From: an uncultured Gemmatimonadaceae bacterium
Lineage (GTDB): Bacteria; Gemmatimonadota; Gemmatimonadetes; Gemmatimonadales; Gemmatimonadaceae
DNA length: 64,000 nt
NCBI GenBank assembly: GCA_963829055.1
Contig: CAWHHI010000004.1
Location: 576,001 to 640,000, forward strand
Reading direction: 5' to 3'
Position numbers and translations under genes: made by a program. The notes under the pieces were generated by a model, which was not told the DNA's origin, did no database searches, and worked only from the letters and a program-made list of their open reading frames with translations. Every line of letters begins with the position of its first letter. The first letter of the stretch is position 1. Of this stretch, positions 56,365-64,000 are shown piece by piece.

Positions 56365-56411
56365 ACGAACCCAGTTGCAGTTCGGCGCCGCGAGACGGCG
56401 CGCACGATGTC

Positions 56412-56449
56412 AAACGTGGGGCGTACTCGATCGAGTACACCCCACGTTT
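56412..56449. terminator. Near-perfect 38-bp palindrome between convergent genes
   Basis: AAACGTGGGG-C-GTACTCGA|TCGAGTAC-A-CCCCACGTTT followed by T. Confidence 0.65.
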
Positions 56450-56512
56450 TCGCATCCATCGAGCACAGTCGAGCACATTCCTCGGGACTCGGCTGACCCC
56501 GTCGGCGTTGTG

Positions 56513-58037
56513 TCAGCCGGCGGTCTCCGCATACCGCGACCGCAGGCGATTCACACCCCAGTGAAACGTCAGCGCGCTCGGCCCGAGCTCCTGGCTGTAT
56601 CGCTCGGAAACCAGCGGGCGCTCATCGACGTGGATCCCGAGCGGCCTGCCTAACGCTTGAAGACGCCAGTTGACCCGCAGATTCACCTCGTAGGCCGCGC
56701 GCAGCGCGCGAAAGGTCAGCCGATCGATTCCGCCCTCGAAAATCGGGAAGCGTTGTACGTATCGCCGAAAATCCTCGTACGAGCGTGGCGTGAAGACCCG
56801 ATCCAGCGCGTCCGTGTTCCACAGCGGCTGAGTGATCGCCTTCTTCGTTCGTCCGAACGCCGTTCGCGGCACTCCTGCCTCCTCGAGCAATCGACGCGGG
56901 ATCGGCCGGTCGTAGTCGGTGCCCAGCACCCATGGTCGCAGCGGTTCGGAGTTCGATATCGCGTAGATCGACGGATGCCGGATGTAGCCGAGGGTCGGCA
57001 CCGGGAAGTGGATGAATCCGGAGCGGAGCCGAAATTCCGTGAGGCTGCTGCCTCCCGGATAGAGCATCAGGAGCTCCGTGTTGACCCGTCGGCTGACCCG
57101 GTTCCACACGGCATCACCGAGGTATCCGGTGTACAGCGTCCGGCCGCCGAGGACGTCCGCAAGCGGCGCGAACACGACCTCCTCTCCGCCCGCGCCGCAC
57201 GCCAGAAATTCGGCTTCGGGAAAGCTGTCGAGTGTTTGATAGGTGAGCCGGTCGAATTCCAGCACACGGAGCCCAAGCGCCGCAGCAATCTCGGCGCCGC
57301 TGTCGTCTTCCTCGTCGTATCCAGGGCGCGCCCGTCCAAAGGTGATCGCTTCGCGGCAACCGACCTCCAATGCCAGGAGCGCTACTGCTGGCGAGTCGTA
57401 GCCGGACGAAATCGTCGCGATCGGAGGGTACCGCCGGCAGCGCGCCGTATGCTCCGCGTTGTCGTTGACGGCGCGGACGGTGTCCCGCAGGTAGCCGATG
57501 TAGTGGTCGTAGTTAGTGAATTCCGGCGGGAGGCTCTTGTCCTCGACGCGAATCGTGAGCGCCTGGTCGATGAACACGTTGCAGTGCATGAAGACACGCA
57601 CCTCGCCGCCGGACTTCGTCCGCACGCTCGGGCGGTACCGGCGGTACCCCCGCATGTTCGTCATCAGGTCGAAGTGGTAGTACTTGTACGCTGGATCGAT
57701 TTCCTCGCCCGCGACCACGAGCGCAAACACGAGCGAGTTCGAATGACGATCTCCTCGCCGCGCCGAATGAGGTGGAGACGTTCCAGCATGTGAGTTGGAG
57801 TCACGAACCGGACTCCATTCTCCGCTAGCTCACCCCCGAGCCGAAGCAGGCGATGGCGCTCGACGGGAGCGACGCGTCGAAGGGACCATCCCAGGCCCCT
57901 TCGACGAACCGATGGGCTCCCGTTTCCACCCAGGGGCCGTGATCGACAACGATGTCGCCAGCGCCACGGCGGATACGGGCGCACCATGCGAGGCGAGGAA
58001 GAGACGAACGCGACCGGTAGTCGAAGCGCATGTCCAT
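56513..58037 (-). CDS. Divergent asparagine-synthetase-like / adenine-nucleotide alpha-hydrolase protein; frameshifted
   Basis: N-terminus LPRLAWCA..HGPWVE..FVEGAWDGPF; PP-loop ISSGYDS; TGYLGD; YDRPIPRRLLEEAGVPR..FG..K. Confidence 0.7.
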
Positions 58038-58185
58038 ATCCTACACGGTCGAGAACAATGCGTCGAGGCGGCCCGTGCTGTCACCCACTGCTTCCCGCAG
58101 TGAACTGTCAGGACGGCCGACAGGCATCAGCGGCTGCCAGACGCCTGTCTGGCTGAACGGGCAAGCGCACTAGCCAGGTGGCGAA

Positions 58186-58201
58186 GGTGACGTACATCAC
58201 A
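58186..58201. promoter_or_regulatory. Candidate CRP/FNR-family binding site
   Basis: GGTGA-N6-TCACA (9/10 match to TGTGA-N6-TCACA) in an AT-richer divergent intergenic region. Confidence 0.45.
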
Positions 58202-58360
58202 AAGTTAAATGTCTGTAATATCATGTTGCACAACGAGTTCCAGATTGACCACCTGGCCAAACTTTCGAGATGAACGGGCAGTCTGTTGGGTGGACACGCC
58301 TGCCCGGCTCGTTGACATTAGCCGCAGACAGATCGGCAGGATCGTCGGCCTTCTCCCGAG

Positions 58361-58455
58361 GGTCACGACAAAGGCAAACGTGCTGAAAGGCATGGACGCA
58401 AAGCTCCGGGGCTGTAGCACGCAAACGCGTGCCATGCTGGCCGAGCCGCCGACAC
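58361..58455 (+). ncRNA. c-di-GMP-I (GEMM) riboswitch 2
   Basis: AAGGCAAACGTGCTGAAAGGCATGGACGCAAAGCTCCGGGGCTG...GGCCGAGCCGCCG; GAAA loop and GACGCAAAG junction; RBS AGGAG at about 58459 and ATG 58471. Confidence 0.88.
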
Positions 58456-58470
58456 TTCAGGAGACTCGAA

Positions 58471-60844
58471 ATGTCCTACTCGCGCCCGCCCAGGCTTGTG
58501 ATCATCGCATGTGCGGTGCTCGCAGCCTCGTGCGACGCTTCATCAGACGACGTCGGCGCCCGCTCGCTTGGTCCGGCCAACCTGGAAGTTCACGGTACCG
58601 GTACCACCGGATCCGCCCGATGCATCAATGGTGCCGACAGTCTCTACGCGTCGGTGTACCCAAAGTCGATATCGGCGACGGACGGCGAACAGGCCACAGC
58701 ATACGTGAGTGTTTTCACAGCCGACGGTGGGACGGTCTCCGCGAGCCAGGTTCGCTGGTCGATCTCCGATACCACGATCGCCACCATCGCATCGTTCGAC
58801 CCTAACGGGCGACCACTCGCCGTTGGACGTGCCGCCGGCACCACGGCGCTCGTGGCCACGTGCGGCGACCTTTCCACGTCGGCACCGCTGACCGTTTCCG
58901 GCAACGCGGGCGCTCCGCCGCCGGCTGATACCACGACCACGAAGGCGCCGTCGATTGCGGTGTCCGTGAAGCTCACGGTGCAGTCCATCACTCTGGGCCA
59001 GACGGCACAGGCGACGGCCACCACCACCAATGACACCGGACACCCGGTCGTGCTGTCGGGCGTGGAGTGGTCGAGCTCCAATGCCTCGGTCGCGAGCGTG
59101 AATGCGAGCGGGCTGATTACTGGCGTGGCGGCCGGCAGCACGACGATCAATGCGAAGGTCGGGGACTCGAACGGTACGGCCGAGCTATCGGTCGCTGCCG
59201 CGCCGCAGCCAACGCCAGCCGACCGCGCCGACGCCGCCGCCGACGGATGTCACGCCCGGTTCCGATGTGGGCGCCACTGCGCCGGAGCTGCCCCGGTCCG
59301 AGGTCAGCGACGCGCGGTTCGTGGGGGCAGGCGGCAGAACGATCCGCGTCGCCAGCGGCGGCGATCTTCAGGGGGCGCTCAACGAAGCGCAACCGGGAGA
59401 TCAGATCGTCCTCGCTGCCGGCGCGTCGTACTACGGAAACTTCGTGCTTCCCGCGAAGGCGACCTCGAACCCGTGTTCGGCGTGGACGATGATCACCACG
59501 GAAACGTCGTTGCCATCAGAGGGCGTTCGTGCGACGCCGAGCAACGCCGGGAGCTTCGCCAAGATCATCACGCCTAACTACGACGCCGCGCTCAAGACTG
59601 ACCGCGCCTCGTCGTGCTGGCGGATCGTCGGCGTCGAGTTGACGGTGTCGCCCGACTTCGGCGGCATCCAGTACGGTCTCATTTTCATGGGTGATGGCTA
59701 CGCGCGGTCACTCTCCGAGGTGCCCCAGGGCATCGTGCTCGACCGCACGTACATTCACGGGCAATCCAACACCAATGCCCAGCGTTGCGTCGCGCTCAAC
59801 TCGGCGCGCTCGGCGATCGTCAACTCGTGGGTGTCCGACTGCCACGGTCGTGGTTTCGACTCACAGGCGATTGCCGGTTGGAATGGTCCTGGACCGTACC
59901 TGATCGAGAACAACTTCATCGCCGGTGCTGGCGAGAACATCATGTTCGGTGGCTCGGATCCGAATATCCCGAACCTCTCGCCGTCGGACATCACGATCCG
60001 CCGCAACCACGTCTGGAAAGACCCCTCGTGGAAGGGCGCGTGGACGGTGAAGAACCTGTTCGAGCTCAAGCACGCCAAGCGCGTGCTCGCGGAAGGCAAT
60101 GTCTTCGAGAACAACTGGACGGATGGGCAGAGCGGCATGGCGATCGTGTTCAAGACGCTGTCCGACAACGCATCGGCGCCGTGGACGCAGACGGCGGACG
60201 TGACGTTCCGCTACAACATCGTCCGCAACTCGCCGCGCGGCTTCAACCTCCAGGGCATGGAAGGCAGCGTAGGCTCCCCGGTCGCACGCGTTCGGATCGA
60301 GCAGAACCTGTACGCGGACATCGGCACGGTTCAATGGAACCGAAGCGGTGGCTGGCTCAATCTCATCACGCATAACCCGAGCGACGTCATGCTCCGGCAC
60401 AACACCATGGTTCACAACGGCGCGGCCGGCTCGCTCTCGACCGCTGGTGCGTCCGGTGCAGGACTGGCGCTTACGCTCGACTACGGCGACGGCCAGGCAC
60501 GCCGCTTTGGGGTGGACGACAACATCTTTACGAATCCGAACGGCTACGCGACGCACTACTCGTCGATGGCCGTCGGGACAGCCAGCATCGCCGCGTTCGC
60601 CGGCAATTCGTGGTCGTTCAACCGCAACGTTGCCGCGGGCGTTGATCCGCTGTTCGCTCCTCTTCACCCGTCGACGAGCTTCTACCCGTCAACGGTCGCT
60701 GCAGTCGGCTTCGTGAATGCCGCCGGCGGTGACTATCGCCTGTCTCCGAGCAGCCCGTACAAGGGCAAGGGTGAGGGCGGAACGGATCCGGGTGTGGACT
60801 TCGACGAACTGGCCCGACGTACCGCAGGCGTCGTCTCCCGCTAG
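58471..60844 (+). CDS. Surface lipoprotein: 2 Big_2 repeats plus beta-helix domain, paralog of 52056..56364; frameshift near 59220
   Basis: Lipobox LAASC; two Ig-like repeats; Pro/Thr linker; head closely matching the first paralog (FDSQAIAGWNGPGPYLIENN, VKNLFELK, DVTFRYNIVRNSPRG, DPGVDFDELARRTAG). Confidence 0.9.
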
Positions 60845-60870
60845 ACGCGGCCGACGTCCACGGTTGGAAA

Positions 60871-60905
60871 GAGAGGGGGCGGCGCACGATGCGCCGCCCC
60901 CTCTC
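60871..60905. terminator. GC-rich hairpin, likely bidirectional terminator
   Basis: GAGAGGGGGCGGCGCA-CGA-TGCGCCGCCCCCTCTC between convergent genes. Confidence 0.75.
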
Positions 60906-60936
60906 CTTCATCGATTCTCCTGCCGAAGCGCGGCTC

Positions 60937-62013
60937 CTACCGGTCTCGCTCGGCGAGCGCCTCGACGATGCGCTCGGCGGCATGACCGTCCCACCCCTCC
61001 GGGATGCGTCCCTGTGGCTTCCGCGTGGGTCGAGTTCACTCACGAGTCCCGCCACTGCCGATGGGTCGCGAACGAGCACGTTCGTCCCTTCGGTGATCGT
61101 CACCGGCCGTTCCGTGTTGTCACGCACCGTGAAACACGGAATGCCTAACGCCGTCGTTTCCTCCTGCAGTCCCCCGGAGTCCGTGACGACGGCGAACGCC
61201 GACTGCACGAGATCGAGCATCGCGAAATAGCCGATCGGATCGAGCACCAGGACTTCGCCGAGGTCGATCCCCGCGCGCTGCCAATCGCTGACGCGTCCGC
61301 GGGTGCGCGGGAAATACTACCGGGCCTGGTCGTCGCAAGCTGACGCAGCGCCCGCGGCGATGCGCCCAAGGCGAACAGGGTCGTCGACGTTCGAGGGACG
61401 GTGGAGCGTGACCACGATCGCGCCATCGCCAACGCCCAATTGCGACCGAAACCCACTCGCTCGCGCGGCTGGCAACGCGTGCATGCAGCGTGTCGATCAT
61501 GACGTTCCCCACGAACGCGATCTCCTCATCCGGTTCGCCTTCGCGCTTCAGCGTTTCCGACGCGTCGCGTGACGGCGTGAGGAGCAGGTTCGCGAGACGA
61601 TCCGTGACGATACGGTTGATCTCCTCCGGCATCGTCCGATCGTAGCTTCGCAGCCCGGCTTCGACGTGGGCGACCCGAATACCGAGCTTCGATGCGACCA
61701 GCGCTGCCGCCACCGTCGAATTGACATCGCCGTACACGAGCACCCAGTCCGGCCGCCGATCGCACGAGAACCGGCTCGAGGCGCTCCATCACGCGCGCGG
61801 TCTGAACGGCGTGTGACGCGGAACCGACTTCCAGGTTCTCATCTGGCGTTGGAATGCCGAGCTGTTCGAAGAACTGCTCCGACAGCGCCAGCGTCGTAGT
61901 GCTGACCGGTGTGAACGATCGATCTGCTCCCAACCGGCGACGCACACCGCGCGATGTACCGGTGCCAGCTTTGGAAAGTTCGGACGCGCGCCGGCAATGT
62001 GGAGGAGATGCAT
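60937..62013 (-). CDS. wecB: Non-hydrolysing UDP-N-acetylglucosamine 2-epimerase; frameshifted
   Basis: GARPNFPK, HTGQHYD, VYGDVNST, HVEAGLRS..MPEEINR, GNVMID, TDSGGLQEET, TERPVT..GTN, WDGHAAERI. Confidence 0.93.
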
Positions 62014-62019
62014 CGCGCG

Positions 62020-63247
62020 TCAGGACCGAGCGCGCGTCCGCGCGCGCGACGCCGAGCGCCGACGTCGTTGACGAGGCGCGCGATGTCCTGCACATCGATA
62101 CGACCAGTCGTCGTGCGCGACGCGCTCCGATTGCGCTGCGACGCGCGGCCGGATCGCTGCCCGCGAGCGACCGCCGCACGGAGCGCGTCGACCCAGTCGT
62201 CGAACGTCGTTGCGCACGTGGCGATGTCCCGCACTTCCGAACTTCGGGCAGCGGCGACGAGACGATCGGAAGCCCCGCCGCGGCGTACTCGCGCAGCTTG
62301 ATCGGGTTGACGGAGAGCGTGAGCTCCGTCATGCGGAACGGAACGATGCGACGCGTGAAATCCGCGGCTGTAGGCCGGCAACTCCGCGTACGGCCGTCGG
62401 CCGAGCACGAACACGTTAGGCCTGCGTTCCAGCTCGGCTGAGATCCGTCTTCGCCGAGCCGATGACGACGAACGAGTACGGCAGCACGTCGGCGAGCCGT
62501 CCGATCAGCTCGACGTCCACCCACTCGTGAATGAGCCCGAAGAATCCGACGCGAGGCTCCGGGAATCTCGGCGAGGTCCGCCGGCAGCGCGCCGGTCGCC
62601 AACGCGCGAGGCGAAGTGCTCGAAATCGACGCCGTGCGGTACGTAGTGCACGTTGCTGACGAATGGCGGCGCAGCGCTCCGCCAGGTCCTCCGCGGACGC
62701 GATCACCAGGTCGGCAGTCTCGACAGAGCTCGCGCTTCGCCGCGCTCCATCGTCGCCGGATCGAATCCCTCGAACGCCGACCATTTGTCCACGCAGTAGT
62801 ACATCGTGAACGCGCGGGGCAGATGCGCGAATGTACGGCGCACACTGCGGTACGAACGAGCAGAGGAGCGGAGCGCCGAGTCGAGCCGAAGTCGCTTCGA
62901 GCTCCCGCCCGATCGTGAACCGGTAGAGCGAGCGCGTTCGCCTGCTGCGCGATCGCCGACTGCGGGATACGGCAGCGCCGGCGGCGTCATGACGTGCAGT
63001 CGGTCGAGCACCGGCCGCGATTCGCGCAGCATCGCCTTGGCCTTCGTGCAACAGTCGCTTGCGATCGTACGCGCTCGTCAGCTTCGGCGTTCGCATGCCC
63101 GGCCGCTTCGATCCAGAGCACATCGTTCGTTCGCGAGAAGCGCCGCATGATGTGGTGCTTGCTGGTCGGGTCCGCGGTCCAGTCGTTGGCGAACGTGACG
63201 AGATCGAGACCGCCAGCGAGCGGCGGCGGACTGAACGAGTCGGGCAT
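62020..63247 (-). CDS. GT4-type glycosyltransferase (TuaH-like); frameshifted
   Basis: ANDWTADPTSKHHIM, YYCVD.W, GFFGLIHEWVD, NPIKLREYAAAGLPIVS. Confidence 0.82.
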
Positions 63248-63263
63248 GCCGATGTTCGATGAG

Positions 63264-64000
63264 TCAACGTGCGACGGCGGTGGCGCCGACCGGCGCGCGC
63301 CGAGAGGACGTCACGGCGCCACACCTGGAAGGCCAGAACGCGCCAGAGGCGGGCGGTGTGGTCGCGACCGGCGCGATGCTCGGCGATGAGGCGCCGAACG
63401 TACGCCGCGTTCAACAACGGGTCGTCGCTCGCGGGCATGTACTCGTCGGAGGACGTCGTAGCCGCGTCTCGCGCAGCCAGCGCGCGAGGGGAACGAGGAA
63501 GCCGCGCTTCCGCGCGTGCGTGATGCTCCGTGGCAACACGCGCTCCGCGGCGCGATCGGACCAGTGCCTTCCCGTCGCCGCCCTGCAGCTTGACGTGGGG
63601 CGGGAGCTGCGCTGCCCACTCGACAGCTGATGGTCGAGGAACGGCACACGGCTTTCGATCGAGGCGGCCATGCTCATCTGATCCTGCTTCGCCAGCAGCT
63701 CCTCCAGGTACGTCACCTGGTCGAAGCGCAGCATCGCCTCGAGCGGGTTCGCCGCCAGCAGCTCTCGGTCGACGAGCGGTCCGAGATCCGCGTACGCAGA
63801 CGCCGCCCGCGCCGCGCCGACCAACTCGGCGCGATGCGCGCGGTCGAAATCGGCGAAGCTGTCGAGATACGCGTCCTCGAACGACGCCGCGCGTGCGAGG
63901 AATGATCGCTTGAGCCGACTTCCGACGTAGTCATCACCGAAGCGGTCGACCGCCGAGGCAACACCGCGGCGAAGCGTTGTCGGCAACGAGCCGTCGAGCG
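63264..64000 (-). CDS. Asparagine synthase family amidotransferase, C-terminal part (runs off window)
   Basis: YLEELLAKQDQMSMAASIESRVPFLDH, RKRGFLVPLARW, RDHTARLWRVL. Confidence 0.87.

Noticed and set aside
51931..58455. Riboswitches as 3',3'-cGAMP-sensing (GEMM-Ib) variants
   Set aside because: Both have G, not A, at the position equivalent to Vc2 G20 (immediately before GCAAA), consistent with c-di-GMP.
1..64000. Frequent CGATCG/GCGATCGC as a HIP1-like signal
   Set aside because: Readily explained by preferred codons (GCG-ATC-G..) in a high-GC genome; cannot be separated from codon bias by eye.
1..64000. tRNA, rRNA, transposase, prophage or defence genes
   Set aside because: None recognised in sequence or ORF translations.

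Overview
High-GC bacterial chromosomal window. Gene content and small-protein families suggest Gemmatimonadota, which is an inference. Many genes are split by single-base indels, most likely uncorrected long-read errors, so CDS boundaries below were rejoined by eye. The left part (1-22.4 kb) holds a BNR/VPS10-repeat exported hydrolase, a DUF4349 lipoprotein, M61/S9/M24 peptidases, two paralogous OmpR-type two-component systems flanking a duplicated-domain ABC permease, an exported rhodanese and a TsdA-like diheme cytochrome c. The rest (22.5-64 kb) is a large, interrupted surface-polysaccharide region. It has GT2/GT4 glycosyltransferases, a Wzx flippase, two deacetylases, four asparagine-synthetase-like genes, a formyltransferase fusion, rfbB-rfbA and wecB. 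It is interleaved with an acyl-CoA dehydrogenase, a SAM-II riboswitch-led metH plus Hcy-methyltransferase/MTHFR operon, and yggT/yggU. Four things stand out. (1) Two c-di-GMP-I riboswitches each lead a paralogous lipoprotein made of an Ig-like (Big_2) stalk (about 10 vs 2 repeats) and a conserved beta-helix head, embedded in the polysaccharide locus. (2) A strongly over-represented, strand-skewed motif (G)CCTAAC(G) occurs about 37 times. (3) Several families of palindromic or heptamer repeat elements are present, one apparently donating a start codon. (4) The SAM-II riboswitch is followed by an intrinsic terminator.
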